Origin: Nitrospirales bacterium
GTDB taxonomy: Bacteria; Nitrospirota; Nitrospiria; Nitrospirales; UBA8639
Direction: 5' to 3'
Assembly: GCA_965203295.1 (NCBI GenBank)
Contig: CBDBCZ010000019.1
Span: 1,760,001-1,824,000 of the forward strand
DNA length: 64,000 nucleotides
The position numbers and the translations under genes were made by a program. Positions 40,891-51,540 of this stretch are shown here, one piece after another. Each line of letters opens with the position of its first letter. The first letter of the stretch is position 1. The notes under the pieces were generated by a model. That model saw only the letters and a program-made list of their open reading frames with translations, was not told the DNA's origin and searched no databases.

Positions 40891-42464
40891 AGAGATTCAC
40901 TCCCTTTCGACTGACTCAGTGCCTGCTTATCGGGAGACGTGAGAGTGAACGTAAGGGGAGGCTTTGGCTCCTCGACCGTCATCATTCGCGTTTGGTGCTG
41001 AACTAAGTGATTGACGCTGCTGTGCATGACATCCAAAAACGGTTTAGGATACAGGCCGATCCAAAATACGAATCCCACCAAAGGAATCAACATCCCCATC
41101 TCACGCAAGTTGAAGTCATAGAGCTTGGGAGCCATTTTCTCAGATGGAGCTCCATACACCACTCGCTGGAGCATCCACAAAATATACGCCGCCGACAGAA
41201 TAATGCCGAGGGCTGCCAGAGTTGCTGTGAGTTTGCTCCACATGAAGGTGCCAATAAGAATCAAAAATTCCCCAACAAAACTGTTCATTCCTGGAAGTCC
41301 AACTGAAGAGAGCGCAAAGATCACAAAAAAGGTTGCGTACCGAGGCATAGCCTTGGCCAGGCCGGAATTATCATCAATCTGGCGGCTATGAGTGCGCTCA
41401 TAAATAATCCCGACACAAAGAAAGAGTGCCCCGGTCGTGATACCATGGTTCACCATTTGGAGGATCGCGCCTTCGATCCCTTGCGCATTGAGAGCAAAGA
41501 TCCCGAGCGTGATGAACCCCATATGGCTCACACTTGAGTACGCGATCAGTTTCTTGAGGTCAGACTGAGCCAAAGCCATATACGCCCCGTAGATGATGGC
41601 AATCACGGAAAGGCCCATGATGATCGGCGTAAAGGTCACCGTCGCATCCGGGAAGAAGGGCAGAGAGAATCGCAGAAACCCATACGTTCCCATCTTAAGT
41701 AAGACACTGGCTAAAACGACACTGCCGGCTGTTGGGGCTTCCACATGCGCATCGGGCAACCACGTATGGAACGGGAACATGGGCACCTTGACGGCAAAGG
41801 CAACAAAAAATGCCCAGAACAGCAAACTTTGGAGGTTGAGCGCATACTCTGCCCTGCTTAAGGCCAAAATGTCGAAGGTATGCCCACCCTGGAAGAACAA
41901 CACAAGGATAGCGACCAAAAGCAGAATCGAGCCCGCTAAGGTATACAAGAAAAATTTAATAGCCGCATAGACGCGATTCGGCCCACCCCATACACCGATC
42001 AACAAATACATGGGGATCAACATGGTCTCCCAAAACACATAAAACAAGACAAAGTCCAAGGAGACAAACACGCCTATTGTGGCGGTTTCCATCACGAGGA
42101 GACTGATCATGAACTCTCGAACGCGTGAGTGAATGGCTGTCCAGGAAACAAGCACGCATAAGGGCCCGAGGAGCGTGGTCAGCAACACGAGTGGCAGGCT
42201 GATGCCATCAATACCAACCGCATAGTTAATAGGAGGAGAGGTGATCCATTGATGCCGTTCCACAAACTGCATCGCCGGAGTCGATTCATTGAACAGCGCC
42301 CACAGCGGGAGAGAAGCCAGCAAGGTCACCGAGGAACTCACAAGCGCAATCCACCGCGCCATGTCCTCGCGAGCCGCAGCGATCGCCGCCACCCCGATCA
42401 AGGGCAATACCAGAACGAGGGTGAGCAATGGAAACCCACCAGATGGGATGGCCATGTCAGTCAT
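40887..42464 (-). CDS. nuoM: NADH-quinone oxidoreductase subunit M
   Basis: KVPMFPFHTWLPDAHVEAP, LLKMGTYG. Confidence 0.97.
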   Translation of the reverse strand: MTDMAIPSGGFPLLTLVLVLPLIGVAAIAAAREDMARWIALVSSSVTLLASLPLWALFNESTPAMQFVERHQWITSPPINYAVGIDGISLPLVLLTTLLGPLCVLVSWTAIHSRVREFMISLLVMETATIGVFVSLDFVLFYVFWETMLIPMYLLIGVWGGPNRVYAAIKFFLYTLAGSILLLVAILVLFFQGGHTFDILALSRAEYALNLQSLLFWAFFVAFAVKVPMFPFHTWLPDAHVEAPTAGSVVLASVLLKMGTYGFLRFSLPFFPDATVTFTPIIMGLSVIAIIYGAYMALAQSDLKKLIAYSSVSHMGFITLGIFALNAQGIEGAILQMVNHGITTGALFLCVGIIYERTHSRQIDDNSGLAKAMPRYATFFVIFALSSVGLPGMNSFVGEFLILIGTFMWSKLTATLAALGIILSAAYILWMLQRVVYGAPSEKMAPKLYDFNLREMGMLIPLVGFVFWIGLYPKPFLDVMHSSVNHLVQHQTRMMTVEEPKPPLTFTLTSPDKQALSQSKGSESL

Positions 42465-42479
42465 GAATTACTTTTTCCT

Positions 42480-44366
42480 CTAGAAGAATAGGTACGCACT
42501 TAGTATCAGAACTGCCCCTACCGTCATGGACAAAGCATAGTGTTGCACTTCACCACTTTGGATCAGGCGAATCACCCATCCACACCATCCAAAGCCACGT
42601 GCCACTCCATTCACGGCTCCGTCAATCACTGCGACATCCACGTGCCTCCATAGACCGTCAGCAAATTTGAACGTGGGTCGCACAACCGAATGATCATAGG
42701 CCTCATCCACGTACCACTTATTCAAAGAGAGTCGATAGAAGGATTGCCACTGATGCATCAACTTATCCGGCAAACCTGGTGACTTCATATACATCACATA
42801 AGCCAAAGCGATCCCTAGAAAACCCGTCAAGGTTGCGGCTATCATGATACCTGTGGCCACAGGCCCGTGATGTGCTTCCTGACCGACCGCACCTGAGAAG
42901 ACAGGCCGAAGAAATTCTGGTATTCCTAGATATCCTGTGGCGAAGCTGAGCACTGCCAATACCATGAGTGGAACCGTCATGGTGAGTGAAGCCTCATGGA
43001 CGTGGTCACCATGATGTGGTTCGACCCGTGACTCTCCCCAAAAGGTGACAAATACCAGCCTGGCGCTGTAGAAAGCTGTCATCAACGCCGTGATTAACCC
43101 CAGCACGGCTAACGTCTGCCCTAGAGAACCAGACATCCAGGAAGACACAAGCAGTTCATCTTTACTGAAAAATCCAGCGGTCAAAGGGAACCCAGCCAAG
43201 GCTAATGACCCGATCACAAATGTCGCATAGGTCACTGGAAGTTTTTTCTGAAGTCCTCCCATATTCCGGATATCCTGCTCGTGATGGAGGGCAATAATGA
43301 CGGATCCTGCGCCCAAAAACAGAAGGGCTTTAAATGCCCCGTGCGTAAGCAGGTGGTAAATCCCTTCGACATACGCCCCAAGCCCACAAGCCATCATCAT
43401 GTACCCAAGCTGACTTAATGTTGAATACGCCACAACTCGCTTGATGTCGTTTTGCGTGAGAGCAATCGTGGCACCTAATACCATGGTCAGCGCACCAGTC
43501 AACGCGACGACATCACTAGCCGCCGGAGAGAGGTCATAGAGTGGAGCCAGACGCGCCACCATGAATACTCCAGCCGTGACCATCGTGGCAGCATGAATCA
43601 AGGCTGAAATCGGTGTCGGCCCTTCCATGGCATCGGGCAACCACACATGCAACGGCACTTGCGCTGACTTTCCCACAGCTCCCATAAAGAGCAAAATACA
43701 TACCATCGTGATAGCTGACACTCCCCAAATCCCTAACACATAAAGAGAAGCGGTGCCAGAATTGGCAACTTGTGCAAAGACAGACTCATACTGCAGGGAT
43801 CCAAACATCACAAAAATCAACAGGATTCCTAGCAAGAAACCAAAGTCGCCGATCCTGTTCACGACAAAAGCTTTGCTGGCAGCAGCCCTGGCGGATTCTC
43901 GCTCGTACCAATGCCCAATCAGAAGATAGGAACACAGCCCTACGGCTTCCCAAAAGACAAAGAGGAGAAGGAAATTGTCAGACATAACCAACATCAGCAT
44001 GGAAAAGGTAAACAGCGCGATGTTGGCAAAAAAACGGGCATATCCTGGCTCTCCATGCATATACCCAATCGTATAGATGTGGACCAAACCGCTCACGATC
44101 GTGACGAGAAGAAGCATGGCTGCGGTGAGCTGATCAACATACAAACCAAGGTCAATGGAGAGGTCCCCAGAGACAGCCCAGGTATAGAGTGGGATCTTCA
44201 GAGTCTGACCGCTCACGACTTCAGAAAAAGCCACGAGCGATAAGACAAATGAGAAAAGCACCGCAGGGACTGCGATTAGGTGTGCTTGTTCCTTGATCCA
44301 ATGGCCAAAAATACCAATGACGATAAAGGCAAGGAGGGGGAGAAGAGGAATTAAGACGTACAGCAT
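42480..44366 (-). CDS. nuoL: NADH-quinone oxidoreductase subunit L
   Basis: GKSAQVPLHVWLPDAMEGPTPISALIHAATMV. Confidence 0.97.
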   Translation of the reverse strand: MLYVLIPLLPLLAFIVIGIFGHWIKEQAHLIAVPAVLFSFVLSLVAFSEVVSGQTLKIPLYTWAVSGDLSIDLGLYVDQLTAAMLLLVTIVSGLVHIYTIGYMHGEPGYARFFANIALFTFSMLMLVMSDNFLLLFVFWEAVGLCSYLLIGHWYERESARAAASKAFVVNRIGDFGFLLGILLIFVMFGSLQYESVFAQVANSGTASLYVLGIWGVSAITMVCILLFMGAVGKSAQVPLHVWLPDAMEGPTPISALIHAATMVTAGVFMVARLAPLYDLSPAASDVVALTGALTMVLGATIALTQNDIKRVVAYSTLSQLGYMMMACGLGAYVEGIYHLLTHGAFKALLFLGAGSVIIALHHEQDIRNMGGLQKKLPVTYATFVIGSLALAGFPLTAGFFSKDELLVSSWMSGSLGQTLAVLGLITALMTAFYSARLVFVTFWGESRVEPHHGDHVHEASLTMTVPLMVLAVLSFATGYLGIPEFLRPVFSGAVGQEAHHGPVATGIMIAATLTGFLGIALAYVMYMKSPGLPDKLMHQWQSFYRLSLNKWYVDEAYDHSVVRPTFKFADGLWRHVDVAVIDGAVNGVARGFGWCGWVIRLIQSGEVQHYALSMTVGAVLILSAYLFF

Positions 44367-44370
44367 GCCT

Positions 44371-44676
44371 CTACCATCTCAACAATCGGAAATCGTCCAC
44401 GTTGATACTGGCATGATGTCGGTATAGGGCAATGATAATCGCTAAGCCTACTGCGACTTCCGCGGCAGCAACCGTCAAAGCAAAAAAGACAAATATCTGC
44501 CCAGTGACATTTCCCAAATAGGACGAAAAGGCAACAAAATTAATATTGGTGGCATTCAGCATGAGCTCAATGGACAACAAAATGATGATGATATTGCGCC
44601 GAATCAGGACTCCTACCAGCCCAATCAGGAACACAAGACCGCTCAACACCAAGTAATAGCTAATTGGAACTGTCAT
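44371..44676 (-). CDS. nuoK: NADH-quinone oxidoreductase subunit K
   Basis: [18 protein letters not shown]. Confidence 0.97.
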   Translation of the reverse strand: MTVPISYYLVLSGLVFLIGLVGVLIRRNIIIILLSIELMLNATNINFVAFSSYLGNVTGQIFVFFALTVAAAEVAVGLAIIIALYRHHASINVDDFRLLRW

Positions 44677-45194
44677 GATGACTTCGATTCAAGGATGCCT
44701 TTTTTTGACAGGATCACAGCCCCAATCATGGCCACAAGGAGGATCAATGAAGCAATTTCAAAGGGAAATAAGTAGGTCGAGTACAGCACCTCACCAATGG
44801 ATTCTGTATTCCCTACAGTTGCCGAGCCACTCATATCATCAGCTAAATTTTGAGGTACAGGAGCCACTGTACCACTCATAACCAATAAAAGGGCTTCCGC
44901 AAAAAGTGTACAACCAAGGAGTACGGCCACGACTCCATGTCGATGGAACTTCTCTTCCCGTTTGACATTTAGCAACATCACGACGAAAAGATACAGAACC
45001 AGAATGGCCCCGGCATAGACGATGATCTGAATAGCGGCCAAAAACTCAGCATGAAGGGTGATGTACAAACCAGCCACGTGGAAGAACATCACTAAAAGGG
45101 CGAGGGCGCTATAGATGGGATTACGGAGAGCCACTACCAAGGCGGCGGTCAGAAGTATCACACTGGCAAAATAAAAAAAGATGAGACTGTTCAC
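44673..45194 (-). CDS. nuoJ: NADH-quinone oxidoreductase subunit J
   Basis: [26 protein letters not shown]. Confidence 0.97.
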   Translation of the reverse strand: MNSLIFFYFASVILLTAALVVALRNPIYSALALLVMFFHVAGLYITLHAEFLAAIQIIVYAGAILVLYLFVVMLLNVKREEKFHRHGVVAVLLGCTLFAEALLLVMSGTVAPVPQNLADDMSGSATVGNTESIGEVLYSTYLFPFEIASLILLVAMIGAVILSKKGILESKSS

Positions 45195-45270
45195 AACCCA
45201 GGGCCCCTACCTTCGCTCGGCAATTTCTTCTGTGCAATCATCACGACCGAAAAAGGCCTTTGGATCGTGA

Positions 45271-45810
45271 TCAAGTCTCCTTTTGAGGAATTTCTTGAAA
45301 GGGCACGTTGAAATAGGCCACATTGGGATGTTGAAATTCCAAACGCTTCTCCCGCTCTGGAAAAGCTCGGTCCCCAATAGCCAATAGTTGTTCTTTATCC
45401 AGTTGGAGATGGCGTTTATCGAATACGGCCCACTCAAACTCCTGGGTCATACCAAGGGCATCAACGGGACAGGCTTCCACACACAGTCCGCAAAAGAGGC
45501 ACCGCGTCATGTCCATGTAATATTCCTTGGAGTATCGTTTGGTCGGTTCCCCGGGCACTTCTGCGCTGACGACTCGAATGACTCGAGAAGGACAAGCAGC
45601 TTCACAGAGATCGCAGCCTACACATTTCTCCGTTCCATCATCATAGCGAAGCAACGCCAGCATTCCACGATAATTTTGGGGCAGGGGTTTCTTCTCATGA
45701 GGGTATTGAAGGGTAATCGGCTTATATCGAAGAAGGTGAGCTAATGTCGCCTTCATTCCGATGAGGATTTCATAAAATATGATGGTCTGAAACCATTCAC
45801 GAATTTTCAC
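45271..45810 (-). CDS. nuoI: NADH-quinone oxidoreductase subunit I
   Basis: Two CxxCxxCxxxCP ferredoxin motifs. Confidence 0.97.
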   Translation of the reverse strand: MKIREWFQTIIFYEILIGMKATLAHLLRYKPITLQYPHEKKPLPQNYRGMLALLRYDDGTEKCVGCDLCEAACPSRVIRVVSAEVPGEPTKRYSKEYYMDMTRCLFCGLCVEACPVDALGMTQEFEWAVFDKRHLQLDKEQLLAIGDRAFPEREKRLEFQHPNVAYFNVPFQEIPQKET

Positions 45811-45832
45811 GTACCAACCTCATCCAGTCACT

Positions 45833-46891
45833 TTATCGAGGGAAAATAAACGCCATAACCGAAGTGATCACAATGTTGCCTAAGGCAATTGGCAGGAGCA
45901 CTTTCCACCCAAAACGCATCAGTTGGTCATACCGTAACCGAGGCAGCGTCGCTCGAATCCAAAAGAACAGGAATATGAAACAATACACTTTGACGGTAAA
46001 CCAAAATATCCCGGTCACCCATGCAAAATTGCCTGGAGCCTGGAGAAAGGAAAACGGAGCATGCCAACCACCAAAAAAGAGAACAGTGGCCACGCAAGAG
46101 ACCAAAATCATGTTGGCGTATTCGGCCAGGAAGAAAAACGCAAATCGCATTCCGCTATACTCGGTAAAAAATCCCGCCACCAATTCACTTTCTGCTTCAG
46201 GCAAGTCAAACGGCAAGCGATTGGTCTCTGCGAACGCTGCGATAATGAACACCACGAATGCAATGAATTGAGGAAATGGAAGGGAAAACGCAAACCATCG
46301 CCAGAACCCGCCGGCTTGGGCTTCGGTAATTTGGACCATGCTTAACGATCCGGCTAATAAGAGAACACCGACAATAGCCAGCCCTACATTCAATTCATAA
46401 CTGATGAGTTGGGCCGCTGACCGTAGCCCCCCTAAGAGTGAATATTTGCTATTTGATGACCATCCTCCGAGGATCACACCGTAAGCTCCAATAGAAGCAA
46501 AGGCTAGAATGTAGAGAACTCCAATATTGATATCGCTGATGACAAAGGGCTTGAATTCCACCCCAAATAATTCCACGGTCCAATTTGGGCCATACGGGAT
46601 AACGGCAAAGCCAATCAACGCAGGCACAAGGGACAGCACCGGCGCCAGGCTAAACATAAATTTATTGGCACCAGCAGGAATGATATCTTCTTTAAAAAAC
46701 AGCTTGAGCCCATCAGCAATCGGCTGTAAGACCCCGTACGGGCCAACCTCCATTGGACCCATCCGATCCTGCATCCAACTGAGAACCTTCCGTTCAAGCA
46801 AAGTCAACAGGGCAACGGTCAGCAAAACCAACCCCATCACCACACCGATCTGACTCAGGGTCAGCGCCAATTTGATGCTCACTTCAAGCAC
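45833..46891 (-). CDS. nuoH: NADH-quinone oxidoreductase subunit H
   Basis: ERK..QDRMGP, AETNRLPFDLPEAESEL. Confidence 0.97.
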   Translation of the reverse strand: MLEVSIKLALTLSQIGVVMGLVLLTVALLTLLERKVLSWMQDRMGPMEVGPYGVLQPIADGLKLFFKEDIIPAGANKFMFSLAPVLSLVPALIGFAVIPYGPNWTVELFGVEFKPFVISDINIGVLYILAFASIGAYGVILGGWSSNSKYSLLGGLRSAAQLISYELNVGLAIVGVLLLAGSLSMVQITEAQAGGFWRWFAFSLPFPQFIAFVVFIIAAFAETNRLPFDLPEAESELVAGFFTEYSGMRFAFFFLAEYANMILVSCVATVLFFGGWHAPFSFLQAPGNFAWVTGIFWFTVKVYCFIFLFFWIRATLPRLRYDQLMRFGWKVLLPIALGNIVITSVMAFIFPR

Positions 46892-46960
46892 GAAGTCTCT
46901 CCTTGTCTAAAAAGAAGCATTTCCCCGCAAGCCACCGCTTTATGAGGGCTTGTCATTTTT

Positions 46961-49633
46961 TCATATCTTCTCAACCTGTACCTGAGTCAATTTGTAATAC
47001 GGTACGCTGGTCACAGGGTCTACGGTGACCACGAATAACCGCCGAATATCTCGATCAAAATGTTCGGGAAAGAATGCCACGCCTTCAGGCACTCGATCAA
47101 GCAATTTCGCGGTCGTGGCGACCTCACCATGTTCGTTAGAGAGGCGGACCGAATCCCCAGACACAATTCTATGGTGGTGCGCATCGACCGGATTTAAACT
47201 CACAGAACCAGAAGACTGAATCTGAAGGAGTCCCTTGGCCCTCGTGGAAAATTTGCCAGAATGAAACAAGGATTGCACAGAAGCCAACAGGAGAGTTTTG
47301 TCATTCCTCATTTGGTCTTGGTCGAGTGTATATCGAGATTCAATATCTGACTGGAATCCTTCCCGGAGATACCGGTCCACAACCCCTTGGTTTACTGAAC
47401 ATGGGGTCGCCACAGGACCAAGTAATCCGTATCCTGGTATCATTCCCCTGATTTCTTTAAAAATCTCTTTTGCGTTCTCGTACTCAATAGGATGATTCAT
47501 CACAACCGAAAGAGCTGAAAAAATTTCCCAGTCAGGGAGACTCTCTCCAATGGGATCCATAGCCGCCCGAACCGGTTGAACCAAGCCCTCGGTGTTGGTG
47601 AAGGTTCCATCCTTTTCAGCGTATGAGCAGGCTGGCAGAATGATGTCCGCATGTGCAGCCGTTTCGGTCAGGAAGAGTTCCTGGCAAACGAGGAATTCCA
47701 AGGCACCTAACGCCTCTTCGACCCCTGCGCTGGGAGGCAAAGATTCCACTGGGTTTTCCCCGACAATGAACATGGCTTTGACGCGACCAGCCCGGGCATC
47801 CTCCAAGGTTTTCATTAAATTGGATCCAGAACTCTCTGGGATATCTTGGCCCCAGATGCTTGATACGTGTTGTCGCACCTGTGGGTCATGAAAGTCAGAA
47901 GGACCAGGCAACAATTCAGCCACCGCCCCCATTTCAACAGCACCCTGATCATTGTTTTCTTCAGACAGCGGACCGACCCCACAAGCAGGCCGCCCATGAT
48001 GCCCAGTCAAGAGAAGGAGGTCCAGGAGATTCGTGACAATAGATAAAGCTTTCGGGGCCCGGAGCACTGCCTGTCCGACAAGAACCACAGCCCGTTCAGC
48101 TCGGCTTAAGGTTTTGACAGCATCTCGATAGGCTACTTGTCCAAGACCGTCCCCCCCCTCAATGTCATTCCATGCGATACGAGTCACCACGTGCTTGATG
48201 GCTTCCACAAACCCAGGCGCTTTTTGGATTAGCTCGGGGGCAATAAGATTTTCTTCACAAACAGCCTTGACCAACCCAACCACAGCAACACCGAACTCAT
48301 CTGGTTTGACTGCGAAATGGTGAGTAGCCAAGGTCGTGATATTACTGATAGTCCCAATGGCCGGTGATAAGGCCTCGATCGTTAATAAAGTGGCACCTTT
48401 GTGCTTGACAGCTTCTTTGACTTTTAATCCAGTAATGGGATTCGATTCGGTAATATTCGTTCCGACCAACAGGATGGCATCAGCCGAGACAATGTCTTCA
48501 AATGTGACCGTCCACCGGTGCGTACCCTGGACTCTCTGAAGCGCTCGAATCCCATTCATGGGCCCATAACGGGCACCACTATCAAGTCGGTTGGTGCCAA
48601 TGACCAGACGCATGAACTTTTGGAAAAGATACAATTCTTCATTCGTGCAACGTGAGGAGACGAGCCCCCCAATCGCATCTCCCCCATGCTGCTGGATCAT
48701 ACTTGAAAACTTGGCTCCGACAGTTTCAAGTGCCTCTTCCCAGGTCACTTCAAGAAAGGATCCGTCATGTTGACGAATGAGGGGGTGCTTCAACCGATCA
48801 AGGTGAGTACTCGCATGGTACCCAAAATACCCGCGTGCACACAGGTCGCCATTATTACGACCCGCACCATAGGTGGAGTTGACTTCAATCAATTCATCAT
48901 TCTTTCTTTGAATCGTGATCTGACAACCATCTCCACAATAGGTACAAAGCGTTTCAGCCCGTTTGAGCATCCACGGCCTGAAGTCATACATGGACAATCG
49001 GCTCGTGATCGCTCCAACAGGACAAATCTGGATGCACCCACCACAAAATTCACAATCCAGCTCATGATCTCCTAGATGTTTGATTTCCGTCATTGTTCCT
49101 CGACCAACAGGAGCCAGAGCCTTGACATCCATGACTTCATCACAATAGCGCACACACCGCATGCAGGAAACGCAGCGATTCATTTGCGTTTCAATAAGAG
49201 GGCCAAAGTATGTTTTTGGGAAAACCCGCTTTAACTCTTTGAATTCACTCGTTGTCGCGGTGTATTCATGGGAAAAATCCTGCAAATCACAACGACCGCC
49301 TTGGTCACAAACAGGGCAATCCAGCGGGTGATTACCTAGAATCAACTCCAACACCGATTTGCGTGCTTGCTCAACCTGAGGAACCAAAGATCGGACAACC
49401 ATTCCATCCGCCACACGGGTACTACAAGAGGTTTGGAGTCTGGGCACCTTTTCAATTTCGACCAGGCACATCCGGCAATTGGCATCAGGTTCAAGTTTTG
49501 GATGGTAGCAGAAGTGCGGAATCATGACCCCAACCCGTTTCGCTACTTCAATCACCAACGTTCCTTCAGGAACGCTGGTCGTGATCCCGTCTATCGTGAT
49601 CGAGATCATTTTTTGATCTTGGGATACAGGCAT
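46961..49633 (-). CDS. nuoG: NADH-quinone oxidoreductase subunit G (long form with N7-type cluster motif)
   Basis: FCYH..CRMC, HPLDCPVC, CVSCMRC, CTYCGDGC; molybdopterin-oxidoreductase-like C-terminus. Confidence 0.95.
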   Translation of the reverse strand: MPVSQDQKMISITIDGITTSVPEGTLVIEVAKRVGVMIPHFCYHPKLEPDANCRMCLVEIEKVPRLQTSCSTRVADGMVVRSLVPQVEQARKSVLELILGNHPLDCPVCDQGGRCDLQDFSHEYTATTSEFKELKRVFPKTYFGPLIETQMNRCVSCMRCVRYCDEVMDVKALAPVGRGTMTEIKHLGDHELDCEFCGGCIQICPVGAITSRLSMYDFRPWMLKRAETLCTYCGDGCQITIQRKNDELIEVNSTYGAGRNNGDLCARGYFGYHASTHLDRLKHPLIRQHDGSFLEVTWEEALETVGAKFSSMIQQHGGDAIGGLVSSRCTNEELYLFQKFMRLVIGTNRLDSGARYGPMNGIRALQRVQGTHRWTVTFEDIVSADAILLVGTNITESNPITGLKVKEAVKHKGATLLTIEALSPAIGTISNITTLATHHFAVKPDEFGVAVVGLVKAVCEENLIAPELIQKAPGFVEAIKHVVTRIAWNDIEGGDGLGQVAYRDAVKTLSRAERAVVLVGQAVLRAPKALSIVTNLLDLLLLTGHHGRPACGVGPLSEENNDQGAVEMGAVAELLPGPSDFHDPQVRQHVSSIWGQDIPESSGSNLMKTLEDARAGRVKAMFIVGENPVESLPPSAGVEEALGALEFLVCQELFLTETAAHADIILPACSYAEKDGTFTNTEGLVQPVRAAMDPIGESLPDWEIFSALSVVMNHPIEYENAKEIFKEIRGMIPGYGLLGPVATPCSVNQGVVDRYLREGFQSDIESRYTLDQDQMRNDKTLLLASVQSLFHSGKFSTRAKGLLQIQSSGSVSLNPVDAHHHRIVSGDSVRLSNEHGEVATTAKLLDRVPEGVAFFPEHFDRDIRRLFVVTVDPVTSVPYYKLTQVQVEKI

Positions 49634-49645
49634 CTTTGATTCCTT

Positions 49646-50956
49646 TTATAAACTCATCAAAGGAATTTCTGTTTTGGAAGGTTGGATAGCTTCCGCCTCA
49701 TGAATCAGCTCTTCATACTCTAATCGCCAGTATTGCAGGGTGCTCTGAATGGGAGCAATTTCGGCATCACCAAATGCACAGACCGTCCGCCCTCCGCCAA
49801 TGTTTTGACAAATCTTCAATAGCGTATCCAAGTCTTCCATACGGCCATGTCGTGCCAAGATACGTTGGAGGATTTGAACCAGCCACGAACTCCCTTCTCG
49901 ACAAGGCGTACACTTTCCACAAGACTCATGGTAGAAAAATTCCATGAGGCGAAGTGCAGCCCACACCATGCTAGTTCCTTCTTCCATCACCGTGACTCCT
50001 CCTGATCCCAACATCGACCCAGCCACGGCCACAGACTCGAAATCAAGCTTCACGTCCAGATGCTCTTCTCTCAGAAAGGGAGCAGACGCCCCACCAGGAA
50101 TAAAGGCTTTTAACTTCTTATCTGATCGCATGCCTCCACCTAGCTCATAAATCAATTCCCGAAAGGTAATCCCCATAGGGACTTCATAATTGCCAGGACG
50201 CTTCACATGCCCACTTAAACAGAAAACCCGGGTTCCCGTACTTTTGGGAGGCGATCCAATGGAAGCAAACCATTCAGCACCTCGCTTCACAATATGTGGA
50301 ATGTTTGCCAGGGTTTCAACATTATTGACGACCGTCGGCTTTTGATACAGGCCATGGGTTGCAGGGAAAGGGGGTTTCACCCGTGGTTTCCCTCGTTTCC
50401 CCTCCAACGACTCCAGCAATGCCGTTTCTTCCCCACAGATATATGCCCCGGCTCCAGCATGGACATACACATGAATGGTGACACCGCTCCCCAAAACATT
50501 TTCACCAAGGTATCCTGCTTGTTGAGCCTCAGCAATGGCCTCTTCTAAAATACTGGCGCCAAGCCGAAATTCACCACGTATATAAATGTAGGCAGTTTGT
50601 GCACTAATGGCATAACAAGAGATGGCAATCCCCTCGAGAACTTGATGGGGATCTCGTTCCATAAGCTGCCGATCTTTAAATGTACCAGGCTCGCTTTCAT
50701 CTGCATTACAGCAAAGATATCTTGGCCCCGGATGATCTTTTGGAATAAACCCCCACTTTACTCCTGTAGGAAACCCAGCGCCGCCACGTCCACGGAGACC
50801 CGACTGTTTCACGGCTTCGATAATATCAGCCGGATTCGACTCGTTCAGGACTTTCCTGAGAGTGTGGTAGCCCCCGACCCCCTCGTAGTCTCGAAGAGAA
50901 ACGGTATACCCAGGCTGCTCCATATTTTTAAGAAGGATTTTTTCGTATGGCTGCAC
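49646..50956 (-). CDS. nuoF: NADH-quinone oxidoreductase subunit F
   Basis: GRGGAGFPTG, NADESEPG, YICGEETA, ESCGKCTPCREG. Confidence 0.97.
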   Translation of the reverse strand: MQPYEKILLKNMEQPGYTVSLRDYEGVGGYHTLRKVLNESNPADIIEAVKQSGLRGRGGAGFPTGVKWGFIPKDHPGPRYLCCNADESEPGTFKDRQLMERDPHQVLEGIAISCYAISAQTAYIYIRGEFRLGASILEEAIAEAQQAGYLGENVLGSGVTIHVYVHAGAGAYICGEETALLESLEGKRGKPRVKPPFPATHGLYQKPTVVNNVETLANIPHIVKRGAEWFASIGSPPKSTGTRVFCLSGHVKRPGNYEVPMGITFRELIYELGGGMRSDKKLKAFIPGGASAPFLREEHLDVKLDFESVAVAGSMLGSGGVTVMEEGTSMVWAALRLMEFFYHESCGKCTPCREGSSWLVQILQRILARHGRMEDLDTLLKICQNIGGGRTVCAFGDAEIAPIQSTLQYWRLEYEELIHEAEAIQPSKTEIPLMSL

Positions 50957-50981
50957 GTCGAGACCTGGCTTCAGACTGGTG

Positions 50982-51503
50982 TTATTTCACTGGAACGGGA
51001 AACATGAACGGTCCACTTTTCAGAGAGCTCGATCCATCCCGTTTCAAATCATCAAATATTCTGGCCACTTTTTCTTCAGTCAATTGTTCATAGTAATCGT
51101 CATTAATCTGCATCATGGGTCCTGTCCCACAGGAACCCAAACATTCCACCGCACCCAAGGTAAACAATCCATCTTTTGTGGTTTGCCCAACACCAATACC
51201 TAATTGCTGTTGTATCCAGGCGATCAATTCATCAGCTCGAACCAAGGCGCACATAAGAGACCGGCACACTTGGATATGAAATTTTCCAATGGGTTTCAAA
51301 CTGAGCATCGTATAAAACGTGGCCGTCTCGTACACCTGCGAAGGAGTCAGCTGTAAAATCTTTGCAATCTCCTTCATGGCCGCTTCACTGACATATCCTT
51401 CTTCTTTCTGTGCTAGGTTTAATAAGGGGAGCATGGCAGAACGCCGCACTGGGTAACGGCTGAGAATCTCATCGAGATAGTCTTTATGTTTTGGCAGCAA
51501 CAT
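50982..51503 (-). CDS. nuoE: NADH-quinone oxidoreductase subunit E
   Basis: CRSLMC and ECLGSC 2Fe-2S ligands; ATG 51503 with GGAG RBS. Confidence 0.95.
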   Translation of the reverse strand: MLLPKHKDYLDEILSRYPVRRSAMLPLLNLAQKEEGYVSEAAMKEIAKILQLTPSQVYETATFYTMLSLKPIGKFHIQVCRSLMCALVRADELIAWIQQQLGIGVGQTTKDGLFTLGAVECLGSCGTGPMMQINDDYYEQLTEEKVARIFDDLKRDGSSSLKSGPFMFPVPVK

Positions 51504-51540
51504 CACTCCACAAGCCTTGCAGGACATCAGAGATTATCTT

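Noticed and set aside
39412..44366. Non-canonical 2M complex I
   Set aside because: Only one nuoM is present and nuoEFG are included, so this is the canonical NADH-input type.
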